64,000 bases of DNA, taken from positions 8,246,001 to 8,310,000 of the forward strand of contig JBHGNT010000001.1 of assembly GCA_043228905.1 (NCBI GenBank). The letters are read 5' to 3'. How positions within the stretch are numbered: the stretch's first letter is position 1; each line of letters starts with the position of its first letter. This DNA comes from Azolla caroliniana. Its lineage: Eukaryota > Plantae > Polypodiophyta. A program made the position numbers and the translations under genes. Below the pieces are notes generated by a model, which made no database searches, was not told where the DNA came from, and worked only from the letters and a program-made list of their open reading frames with translations. Below, in pieces: positions 25,041-37,140 of this stretch.

Positions 25041-28000
25041 TATTTTTAAGATGCAATACAAATAAAAACTTGTAAATTCATTTAAGAAAGGGGACAATCC
25101 ATGACATGTAATTCATTACCACGGTACTAGAAAAGAACAATGTGTTTTCATGTGTTTTTTCCAAAGCACTTATTAGAACGAGCTATTTGTAATATTATTG
25201 CTATGCTGGCAAAATCTTGCAAAACCATTTAGTAAGGATAAGATTGATGGCGTGTAAGAGATGTATTTTCGTTGGCGCATCATGGAAACATGGGCATAAT
25301 ACAATGCCACAAAAGGAATATTAAGGGCAATAATGTCATATTCTTTAGTTTTAACAACCATATAAGGCTTAGTATTTCCAATCTAAAATGTTCGGCATAG
25401 ACCAAATGTGTGTAAGAAACATGGTCATATTGTAATTAACGGGGAACTACCTTCATTAGGTAAGAATGACTAATTACTAAATTGGCTTGTAAATTGAAAG
25501 GAACCCCTTACGATTTCTAACTTATATAGAAGGGCATGAACTCTCATGTGAAAGGGGCCTTTAGATGCCCCAACTTTAGGGCTACATTTAGGTTCTCATT
25601 CTTCCCCCTTTCAATGAATAAGAGCCACTTTCCTCGATGTAGCTTTTAATCTAATATATTTCTTAATTAGTGTATGATAATTTTATATTAACTCAAGAAG
25701 CCTTTTTTCTGCATACTGTCTTGGAGCGACCCTACATCAGGGCTTTTGATACTCGACATGTTGGTTGATGTGGGTATGAGGGTTATAATCTATTGCATGA
25801 ATTCATTATAGCCTTTAGACATTTTTCCATTAATACCAAGGTGAGTCTTCATTTTTTTTTAAAGGAGAAGCCTAGGGGCTTCTGCAATTGCATAGAATGG
25901 AGAGGTAAGTTTGTTTATGTGTTGAAGTATGACATTGTCTTTGCCAGTGGGGAATGATATTCCCCAATCTATCGACTAGCTAATCGTGAAGAAAGGAATC
26001 CCTCCAGACTTGGTAGTGACCCTTGGAAGAGCAACACTCCAAGGTAGGAGTTGTATTGGCCCCTTTGGGAAAACAAGCACAAAAAAACAATATTGTAAGT
26101 TCTTTTAAAGCCTTGGCAGAGACTCTAATAATGCAAATCAAAGCAACACGTGCATATTGAAGGGATGGACTCTTTCCTACACATGTTCATCTCCTCCCAA
26201 GGCTAGGTTATGAGCCATATGAGTGCCAAGTGGACCATACAACATCTTTTATTCTCATATACACACATGACTTCATAACCCTATGCTTTGGACATCCAAA
26301 TGAATATAATTTGGGAGAAGTTTCATTCTCATTTTAGATTATCAATAGAACAAACAAACTTACAACTTTGAAAACTAAAATTGGAAGTATGACCATTGGT
26401 TTGGCCAAGTCTTTGTGGGGGCAATTGTGACCCTATTTCAATTTGGCACAACTTGATTACCCTATTTTCAAGGTCATTGAGATTCCCAAAATATGGATAT
26501 TTTTCCCAATTTACCTGAAACAACTTTCAATGTTTACTTTTGTTTAAAGATTCAACCAAACATATTGCGCTAGACTTGTCATTGTTAAAGAATCAACGAA
26601 TGTGGTCAATCATTTTACCGACATGATAAACAAGCAAGATGGGAGAGCCTGAGAGGAGACGATGAGAACGTGTAGAAGGAAAATGAAAGAAGTACTTTAC
26701 CATTCGTTTTGGAAACCATAATCCATGTGGCATTCTTATCAAGCAAACCAATCATTTACGGTTGAAATGCACTCAAACTATTAATATATGAAATAGCAAA
26801 AATGTTGACAACCCCTTAGACTTTGTGTATGTATACTAGTACCCACATTGTTACCTCCTTCTTGCCTTTGTTTGAGAAATTGCTTTTTTAAATTTCCAAT
26901 GGTGCTTTGTTAACATTGACATAATTGCATGGATCAAATTAAGGATAGCAAAAGGTCCCCCCCTCCTCCCCACAATGGAAAACCAAGCACATATCCCTCA
27001 TTCATTTTCTTTAAAAAGACATCAAAGGAATATTTATCTTTTCTTTGGTTGAACTAAACTAAAGTAATTCAAAGCTTTTTGAATTGCTACATAATATAAT
27101 AAAGAGATATTTAATGGCCTCTCTAGGATATCATGAAGCTCTCCGCGTGTCATATTTCATACTTGGCATCCTATGAGTAAGAGATAAGCTAAAAATGGAC
27201 AATAACATTGTGTGACACATTGGTTTGACTTGCTTGTATGAAACATACATAATAACTCAACCACCATTTTCATCATTCATATACATACATGTGTGCATAT
27301 AATAGCATTGCACATTAACCCATAAGCACATGGGAAACCCTTGCGCTATCTATGCAACACCTATATGATTTTGTCAACAAAAAAGAGAACGAGGAAAAGA
27401 GATGCCCAACTATTGTAAATTTGTTGATCAAGTTGTCCTACTCAAATTAGGTCTTACATTCAACCCCAACGGCTTACTGTAGTATCTAGTAGAGTTTTAT
27501 CTGGTTTGTAAAACATTGCTCATAAGGGAGAGAGAGAGAGAGAGAGCTAGCTACCTAGCTGCATGTTCAATGGATAATGAAATACTTATATCTAGCCTAT
27601 ATCTTTCCCACAAAGTAGCATTGGCAACTTTCCTTTTCCATGTTAGAGGTCTTTGCTATAACACTAGTATTGATATACTTTTGGATCTTCCTTGTTATTG
27701 GTTAAAATTCAAATAGTCAATGTGAAAACTTTGATCTTCAAATCATATATGTTGTGTTTTGAACGACACAACCTGATTCCTTCGTGCATAATCAATTGAT
27801 CCATTATAATTCAAAATCACATGCATTGATTGGGCATTTCTTTTTCCTTAAGATATAAGTGAATCTTTTGCACTCTCTTTTTCCTTAGTGGCAAGTATAT
27901 CATTGAACAAATATAGGCTCCAAGCCAATGAGTTATTTTGTTGACAATGAACCCCCGTTTAAAATGGAATCTCTCATAAAAAGACACCAAATAATTGCTA

Positions 28001-28449
28001 GACAAGATGCATGTCAAATCCGACAATGCTTTCCTAGTTTTGCTCACACCCCACCTAGCTTCAACTAAGTGCATTTGACTATTCTCTCCCTTACACATAA
28101 AACATGGACCCTTGGTAGGATGTGTACCAAAATTTTGATGACCTAAAAGAGATCCAAACCTCATGTTTTTAGGCTTTGATCCATCCAATAGACTGTAATA
28201 TAGACATCTACTTATTTCTCTTTAGTTGTGGGCTTGGTGGTGTAAATTGTAGAGTCAAAAGTATTATAGTTGGGAGAACCCAAGTTTGATCCTAGCCATG
28301 GATTTGGCATTGTCCAATGGATTGCAATCATATGCTTGTGGATGTTACAAAGATTCTAATTAGATGTCAACTACCACTAAGCTATTACATTATCAACACA
28401 AGTTCATGAGTGATCAAATCTATATATGACTCCAAATTGCACGATCTCA

Positions 28450-29110
28450 TAAATGAGTTATGCATTCCATAGTTAAGGAGTAATGTTGTAATGAGTTTCT
28501 CCATCTAATCACACTTTGTAGAATGTCTAAATTCCATCTTGATTATGAAATTTATTAAACTAAAGTTGTACTTTTTAAAACTATTTCATAAGTTTGTTCC
28601 ATCCTTGGGCTTGTTGGTATATATATAAGTTCAACATGTAATACATATAGATGAGTTTGCTCTACACTTGATACTAAAGATGAATTATCATGATAAGAAG
28701 TAATTCCTTGGCTTTTTGCACATATTGTGTAATATTCTTTATAAGGTCAGGTCAATCAACAAATGGGATGAATTATCATGATAAGAAGCAATACTTAACA
28801 ATATAGATGAATTATCATGATAAGAAGTAATCCTTGCTTTTTGTGTGTGTATTGTATAATACTCTTTATAAGGTCAATCAACAAATGGGACCCGATATTG
28901 ATCATGAATGAGTTATGCATTCCATGGTGGCATTTTGAACATGTTGTGTAACAAGCTTTACAAAGTCAATCAACGAATGGGTCATAAATCAACTATGCAT
29001 TCCATGGTTAAGGAGTAACGTTTCAATGAGTTTCTCCCTCTAAACACACTTTTTAGATTTTTCAAATTCCATATTGATTATGAAATTTATTATTTTAAAG
29101 TTGTATTTTT
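28450..29110. repeat. Nested local duplications
   Basis: An approximately 120-bp block at about 28455-28570 recurs at about 28993-29108. GATGAATTATCATGATAAGAAG occurs at about 28679, 28767 and 28807. Confidence 0.8.
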
Positions 29111-29631
29111 AACTATATGACATTATCACATAATCACCAACATTGCACACCCAATTTGAAAACTAACAATTCACACCATTTTTTCATACCTTGAGATATT
29201 GTTTTTATAAATTCACCCATTTCATTGACAAATATCATCTTTCACCAGTGTTGTATCTTAAGCTATGTAAGAATATTGTCCATATTATGCATAATATTTG
29301 ACCTTACACTAATAGTTTCAACATATTTTTCAATGAGTTAGTGTTGAGAATCAAGCTCAACTTGGTCTAGTGTGTGAACTCACCTTGAGAGTGAAGAGAC
29401 ACTCCAACGGTCAAGAGTCACCATGATGTCACCACTTTGTATTCTAGCATTTAGTATGAGTCATAGAATCATATTCTATGACACATAACTTATGAGCTTT
29501 CACATTCCCCATGCTCCATGAGTCTTGTAGTTAATGAAGAGAGAGGGTGACTACATAAAGCACCCTCCTCCCACCTTGTAAAACGTTGGGTCTTTCTCCT
29601 TTGTGAATATACTTTAACCTTGCGTATACTT

Positions 29632-29678
<47 letters not shown>

Positions 29679-29899
29679 CACACACATAACTCACATCTCT
29701 TTCGCTTCACAAGAATCCATCTCTTGATTCTTTACATGGTATCAAAGCGAGGTTGGTAGCTCGATCTAGCCCATTCGCCTCATCGTGATCGTGTGTTGTG
29801 CTCCACGCTGACGACCAAGAACCGGCTCATCGCTATTGGAGCTTCGCTACATAGCTCGCATTCGAAGAGAGAAGAAGAAGAAGAAGAAGAATCGACATA

Positions 29900-32800
29900 A
29901 TGAATACTCAAATGGGGAGCGCTCTCCCTACCGAGAAGTTGGATTGAAACAACTTCGCATCTTGGGAGTACAAGATGCACCAATACCTTGTCGGACAAGG
30001 CTATTGGAGCTACATCAAAGGAGCGCATGAAGACCGACTTGCTGAAGCGGCTCCCAGATACGCGACATGGGAGCAAGCCGCAAGCCACGTGATGTATTGC
30101 TTGGCGACATGTGTTCAGGACCACATGCTCGGTTACATTCGAGAAGCCAAGACGCCGAAGGAAGCGTGGGAAAATCTATGAAAGATTTTTGCCGCCAACA
30201 CGACCGCGAGGAAGCTTCAACTCCACCAAGAGTTGAACAACATTCAACAAAGGGACGTGTCCATCACGACATACACCTTGAAGATCAAGGAGCTTTGCGA
30301 CTCGATCGGCTCAATAAGCGTAAGTATAGATGATGATGAGATGGTGCAAATATGCCTCGGCGGCCTCGCACCACGGTTCGGCGCGATGCGAACCGCCGTT
30401 CTAGCACGGGAGAAATCTCCCTCCTTCTTCGAGCTCCAATCAATGCTATTGGTCGAAGAAAACCACGTGCGTACAAGGAGTAATGAATCGGAAGGCCACA
30501 TGCTCTACACGCACTCTAATGGAGGAAGAGGACGCGGACGAGCGAGAGGCCGATTCGGCCAAGGACAAGGCGAACGAGGTCCGACCTACGACAACAACTC
30601 CCAATTTCGGCCGCAAAACGGAGGCCAACGAGGAACCTTCGCAAGAGGGGGGAGCTTCCACTCCGGCCCGAGCCGTCAAAACACGACCGAATGCAGATAT
30701 TGCGGAAAGCTCGGCCACCACGAAGAAGAGTGCCGAAAGAAGATGCGTGAATCGGCTTCCACAAGCTGACAACTCACGAATTACGCACACAACTCCGACT
30801 ACGAAGGTCGTGGCGGAATGTATGCGCACAACTCTGACCGTGGCGGAATGTTCATGATGAAACATAGAGCAAACTCTATGTCGGCCGCTACCTCAACTAG
30901 TGCCTCCGGTCCGGAAGACGTATGGTTCGTCGATTCCGGTGCCTCGAACCATATGACATCGCATCAAGAATGGTTCTGAGAACTTCGAGAGCTGGACCAA
31001 CCCGGCTATGTCGAAACCGGAGACGACACTACGCACCCGATTTGGCACATTGGCAATGTTCCGTTCGTAAAAGAAGGTAAGCAAAATTACATTAAAAATG
31101 TCTTGCATGTACCGACCATTACGAAGAATTTGGTCTCCGTCGGCCAAATTGTAGAGCAAGGGATACAAGTTCGATTTAATCAAGGCGGTTGCTTCATCGA
31201 AAAAGAGGGCCGACTCATCGCACGCGGTAGAAGAGAGGGCCGGATGTTCATTCTCGATTCGCACGAGATGAAATCCGCCATGTTCGCGAAAAGCACGAAA
31301 GCCAAATCCGACATAGAGCTATGGCATAAGCGAATCGGCCACATCAATCTCAACAAACTCAAAGCAATGAAATCGAAAGGAGTCTCCATCAGACTCTCGA
31401 CATTCAAAGAGAAGGAGATTGAAGGTGTATGCGAAGCATGCCAATTCGGCAAGCAACACCGACACCCATTTTCGAAGGAGCGGAATGTGAGCAAAGGTGT
31501 ACTCGACGTAATTCATTCCGATGTATGGGGTCCGGCTCAAACGACGACATTCGGCGGATGCCGATATTACGTGCTCTTCATCGACGACTTTTCTAGGCAC
31601 ACTTGGATCTACCCAATGCGGCAAAAGAGCGAAGTGTTCGGACACTTCCAAATTTTCAAGAATGAAGTCGAGAAAGCCACGAGCCGACATGTACGATGCC
31701 TTCGATCGGATGGCGGCAAGGAGTACTTCTCGGACGATTTCACGACGTATCTCCGAAAGGAAGGAATTCGGTGAGAATTCACTTGCCGACACACTCCGCA
31801 ACAAAACGGAGTAGCCGAGCACAAAAATCGGCACATCCTCGAAGTAGCGCGGGCCATGATGAACGAGAAGCATATGCCCAAGTCATATTGGGCCGAAGCG
31901 GCAAATACGACCGTCTACCTAATGAACCGGTGCACAACATTCGGCGTGCACGAGGTCACTCCGCACGAAAGATTCTTCGAAAAGAAGCCGAACCTATCAC
32001 ATGTTCGGATATTCAGCTCCATTGCGTACGTGCACATCCCCGACGAGAAGCGTCAAAAGCTCGACCCGAAGTTGGAGAAATGTATCCTCATAGGATACTC
32101 ACTGGAGCAAAAGGGGTACAAGTGCTACAACCCCTCAACTCGAAAATCTCGGGTAAGTCGAGACGTCGTCTTTGACGAGTCTGCATCCTGGTACGCACCA
32201 GAGACAACTTCGACTCCGACCCTGCTTGACCCGGAATCCACTGAACAAGAGATAGAGGATGAAGATCACCTTATGCGCATGTTCGAAGAAAGTCCGATCG
32301 CGACCCGACTGAGCGGACCACAAGAGCCTTTGAGCGATCAAAGCACATCACGGCCTAGCCCGAAGATGGACAAAGGCAAGGCAAAAATGGCGGAATATGA
32401 AGACGATCGTTTCGACGACAATGAATCAATCGACAGTGAGTTCGGCGGCTTCGATGTACCAATCAGAGCTAAGAAAGCCCTCATCTCTGCAAATGAAAAG
32501 CTCCGCCGATCCACCCGTGAAAAGAACCTCGTGAGCCGATTCGGCTACAACGAGTATATGGCATACCATTACGCCTTTATGATGAAGGTAGCGACAGTAC
32601 GGGAGCCGGAAACCTTTTCAAAAGCCGCGAAGGACCCGCGATGGATCGAAGCAATGAACGAGGAGATGCAGGCACTATGGAAGAACGAGACGTGGGATCT
32701 CGTTCCCACCTCACCACACAAAAAGGTGATCGGATGCAGATGGATCTACAAGGTGAAGTATAACGCCGATGGCTCCGTCAACCGCTACAAAGCTCGACTC

Positions 32801-34165
32801 GTAGCGAAAGGATACGCTTAGGCGCATGGTGTCGACTACGAAGAGACCTTCGCCCCGGTGGCAAAGATGACGACGTTGCGGACCGTAATTGCGATTGCCG
32901 CGACGAAAGGGTGGCACCTCCATCAAATGGACGTCAAGAATGCCTTTCTACAAGGCGAATTAGAAGAGGAGGTGTACATGATCCAACCACCCGGCTTCAA
33001 CTCGAGCACTCATCCAAAAGCCGTATGCCGACTCAAGAAGCCACTCTACGGCCTCAAGCAAGCACCGCGTGCTTGGCATTCGAAGATAACGCAATATCTT
33101 CATCAAATCGGCTTCCGTATGTCAAAATCGGACAACTCCCTCTACATACAAAGCGATTCCGCAAGTCCGATCATCATCATCTTATATGTGGATGACCTAG
33201 TCATTGGAGGTGAGCATCTTGTCGAAATCAATAAAGTCAAATCCCTCCTTTCCGACAAGTTCGAGATGACGGACATGAAGGAGCTCCACTACTTCCTCGG
33301 CATCGAGATAATTCGGACTCCGGCCGGAATCATGATCTCTCAACGGCACTACATCCTCAACTTGTTATACAAGTTCGGGATGGCTGAGTGCAAATCCATG
33401 GCAACCCCGCTCGATCGTAATCTCAAACTAGATGTGAACTCCGGCACCAAAGCATGTGAGCCGACTCAGTATCGGCAACTCATCGGGAGTCTCATCTACC
33501 TCACGATCACACGACCCGATCTTAGGTATTCGGTCGGTCTCCTTAGCCAATTCATGCAAACACCACGTGATACTCACTTGGATTGCGCTAAGCAAGTTCT
33601 AGGCTATGTGAGCGGCACAATGGATTGCGGCATCCTCTACAAGACCGCGATGCCAATACGACTCGAGGGGTACACAGACGCCAATTGGGCCAGCTACAAA
33701 GCGAGTTCTACGTGAGCGATTGTTTTCTCCCTCGGCAACGGAGCAATATCCTGGAGTAGCAAGAAGCAGCCCACCGTTGCTCTTTCGAGTACGGAGGCGG
33801 AATACAGGGGCGCAACCGTAGCTGCGTGTGAAGCCGTATGGCTCAAGAGGATTTTGAAGGATCTGAGCGTACCCATCAAAGATCCGACTTCCCTTTACTG
33901 CGACAACATGAGCAGTATCTATCTGGCTCGGAACTCGGTGTTCCATGCGCGGACAAAGCACATCGAAGTGCACTATCACTTCATCTGAGAGTGCGTTCTA
34001 GCTGGCGATGTCAACCTACAACACATTAGCACCAATCTTCAAACGGTTGACATCTTCACTAAAGCCTTAGGAGCCGAAAAGCTATGGCAATTCATGACCG
34101 ATCTCGGATTGACGATCCCTGACCTGCCAAGCTTGAGGGGGAGTACTGAAGACACTACGCAATAA
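29900..34165 (+). pseudogene. Copia gag-PR-IN-RT-RH polyprotein in one frame with 8 in-frame stops
   Basis: Gag zinc knuckle CRYCGKLGHHEEEC, protease WFVDSGASNHM, integrase LWHKRIGH..CEACQFGK..HSDVWGP..RSDGG, RT YKARLVAKG/QMDVKNAFLQG/YVDD, RNase H SSTEAEY..TKHIEVHYH. All ORF pieces share the same reading frame. Confidence 0.95.
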
Positions 34166-34204
34166 CGCGTAGATTCCGCAACCACGCAACAAAGCCACGA
34201 AGAA

Positions 34205-34340
34205 AGACGCAAGCCGAAGCACAAACTTCGCAACTACGCACACAAGCTGAAGCACAGACTTCGCAACTACGCACGCAAGCCGAAGCACAGACTTCGTAAC
34301 TACGCACAACGCAAGCTGGAGCACGGATTCTGCAACTTCG
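34205..34340 (+). repeat. Approximately 33-bp tandem repeat in the copia 3' UTR
   Basis: GCAAGCCGAAGCACA(A/G)ACTTCGCAACTACGCAC occurs about four times between the pol stop and the PPT. Confidence 0.85.
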
Positions 34341-34734
34341 CATGCATGCGAGTCGACACGAGTCGACGTGGACTCCAGAACGCGAGTTGAAGCGGATTTC
34401 GGATACCGTCTGAAACCGACCCGACTTGAGCTTGAGGGGGCGTGTTGAGAATCAAGCTCAACTTGGTCTAGTGTGTGAACTCACCTTGAGAGGGAAGAGA
34501 CACTCCAACAGTCAAGAGTCACCATTATGTCACCACTTTGTATTCTAGCATTTAGTATGAGTCATAGAATCATATTCTATGACACATAACTTATGAGCTT
34601 TCACATTCCCCATGCTCCATGAGTCTTGTAGGTAATGAAGAGAGAGGGTGACTACATAAAGCACCCTCCTCCCACCTTGTAAAACGTTGGGTCTTTCTCC
34701 TTTGTGAATATACTTTAACCTTGCATATACTCTA

Positions 34735-34769
<35 letters not shown>

Positions 34770-34796
34770 CACACACATAACTCACATCTCTTCCGC

Positions 34797-35624
34797 TGTC
34801 GTGCCTTTCGGCTCCGGATCGTTGCGTGAGTCGGGTGGGAACCACAGAGGTCTTGGACTAGGAGAAAGAAGTTCGTGAGATAGAGATTAATTATGAGTAA
34901 ATAGCAAAGACAAAGATAAGAAACTCGTGAATCACACGAGCATACTATATTAATTGGTACTTAGGGTGTTAAAAGAGAAGTAGATGTATAAATCGTGAAT
35001 CCCACGAATAATTTTTGTATTGGTTAATACTTAATCCAAATAATCAACAACCATATACATATTTCTCTCCTCCTTATATAAGGAAGGAAGAGCTAAGCAT
35101 GGCTTCATGCTTCTTTTTTTTTACAAAAAGTGTTCATGTCCACTAAATGTGCATGTGATGCTTTTTTTATTTCCTAAGTATAGGGCTCATGCACGCTAGA
35201 TGTGCATGAGTTATTTTTAGTGTCTCGTGTTTTTCTTTTCTTTTCTTTTTTCATATATTAAAAAATACACGATTTACCTTTTAATAAAGGTATGCATAAA
35301 TAAAGGTCTTATACCTATGAAATCTATATTTAAAACACTTAAGATAAGTTAATGTAATGGTAAGGTTGGGGTTTGTCAACGTGGAGGTGCAGAGTTCGAA
35401 TCACGCCCTGCGCAGTATTGAGTATTTCCTTTTTTTTTTTTTTACGTTTATGTCTCTTTATCCGGCTCTTCCTTGCCGGTATGCCGTTTTCTTCCTTGCC
35501 GGTATACCGTTTTTCCTCCTTGCCGGTATGCCGTTTTTTCCTCCGGTTCTCACCGAGCACTCCATTCTCTATCCGGAGGGACAAAAATATAATTTCCACA
35601 TAGTGTGCAACCTACACTACGACA
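34797..35624. mobile_element. 828-bp solo-LTR-like insertion nested in the copia 3' LTR
   Basis: Termini TGTCGT...ACGACA flanked by the 4-bp duplication CCGC (34793-34796 and 35625-35628). Removing it restores the sequence seen in the 5' LTR. It contains a TATA-like CCTTATATAAGG, approximately 23-bp tandem repeats at about 35468-35545, and no credible ORF. Confidence 0.9.
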
Positions 35625-35939
35625 CCGCTTCACAAGAATCCATCTCTTGATTCTTTACAGTTAGTTAAGAGGAAGTGATTTGCATGTCAAAGGAGATATT
35701 ATATATGACCTTCAAAGACTAGAAAAAGCAAAGAATATTGTTTGCAAGTTTAATGCACATCGCTACGTATGGCACACTTGTGCATCTAACGAATATTGTT
35801 CATGGATGACCGTTTGAAACTAATGGATGAGTGATCATGTACCAAATGTCATCAGATAGTTGATATTGTCTAAAGAATACAAGACGCATTTGTTGTTCAA
35901 ATGTTACCTAGTTTTATGTGTTGGTTATCAAAAACACAT

Positions 35940-37140
35940 TGATTTTTTATTTCCCAAAACAAATACTACATTAGTATTAGAAAACACCATAAGGCTAAAC
36001 ATACAATATATACCACTGATCCCCTATGTTTTTCTAAATCCTAACCATCGGCTTAAATAAATATTTTGGTGTTGAGTGGAACCATTCCACCTTATCAAAA
36101 CGCCATCTATAAAATATACCTATGTCCCAAATGGCATGAAACTCCAAACGCTTAAGCTCTGCTTGATACGTATTACCTTTTATACTATCCAAAAACCCTT
36201 TGAGATTATGCACAATCTCTATCCAAATTCCTGAATTTATTTGGGCAGGTCTTTAAGTCACATTTTGAAATACCTTCAAACATCGAGCCTTCCAAATATA
36301 CCAAATTGTAATACTACATACCAATTGCCATATTTGAGGTTTATTGGTTTGTATTTGTGGATTCAGAGGGATCAAAAATTTTCCCATCAAACCATGTCTC
36401 ATCACAATAGCATCTACAACCTCCTCATGTTCATATACCATAGGTTTATCATGTACCACCGCTCATAATACTGCACCCCAATGTATACATTGCTCTAGGA
36501 TATATATACTAGAGTTAATAATTTTATGATTCGTTTCCATATGTCCAAAGCAAAACCACAACTCCACAAACAATGTTTAGCAGTCTCTATTACATATGTA
36601 CAGAAAGGGCACATCTTGTCTACATTTCCTTTTCGCCACCCATTAGTTGGTATAACATTATGAACCAACAACCATCAAAAACAAATAATTTTCCTACTCA
36701 TCTTTATACCCCATAGCCATTTCCCAATTTGTTTGAGATGTTGTGGAGAAAGTCCATTTTGTCTCCAAACAACATTTGCATTTGGTTCTTTCCATGATCT
36801 AGCACCTAATATTTTCCTACCAATCTTCACAAAATACTGAAAGAACGGTACGTATTTGATGTGATCTTGCACCCACACCTTCCAATACAGTTCTCTAGGA
36901 TCCCAAGTTAATCTAGATATTGGTCTCATTTCCATAATCCAAATCCTCCAAAAATAATTCACCTTTTGAGGATCCGGGTCTAAGACCCAATTTGATCCAT
37001 CATTTGCAATCACCCTCGCTTCTTTACGCAAACAAAACCTAAACAAATCATTTTCCTTAGGTGTAAAGATGAACCTAAACACATTGAATATTTTAAACCA
37101 CAGAATGAATGCAACATGACATCCTTGGCATGATAGAAAT
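35940..37140 (-). mobile_element. 5'-truncated L1-type LINE (zf-RVT region)
   Basis: The minus strand reads LWGIKMSRKIICF*WLLVHNVIPTNGWR...CPFCTYVIETAKHCLWSC..., then IWQLVCSITIWYIWKARCLKVFQ. Confidence 0.8.

Larger units (their letters stand above)
29342..35659 (+). mobile_element. Full-length Ty1/copia LTR retrotransposon, inactivated, with a nested insertion in the 3' LTR
   Basis: 5' LTR 29342-29736 (TGTT...TACA). PBS TGGTATCAAAGC at 29737 (iMet-like). PPT TTGAGGGGGCG before the 3' LTR, which runs 34443-34796 plus 35629-35659. TSD GTTAG on both sides (29337-29341 and 35660-35664). Confidence 0.98.

Noticed and set aside
25480-28200. Possible LINE remnants (25.5-26.3 kb and 27.8-28.2 kb) and similar decayed stretches at 11.8-12.3, 22.2-23.3, 41.8-42.3 and 51.7-53.2 kb
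   Set aside because: They look like eroded TE coding DNA, but no diagnostic motif could be read with confidence.
29945-33988. Copia TGA/TAG stops repaired by U-to-C RNA editing or read-through
   Set aside because: U-to-C editing is known only in organelles. CpG/CHG deamination in a methylated nuclear TE explains the stops more simply.
29780-34343. Many overlapping and antisense ORFs within the copia
   Set aside because: Shadow frames of a GC-rich coding region and of the 33-bp repeat, with no recognisable domains.
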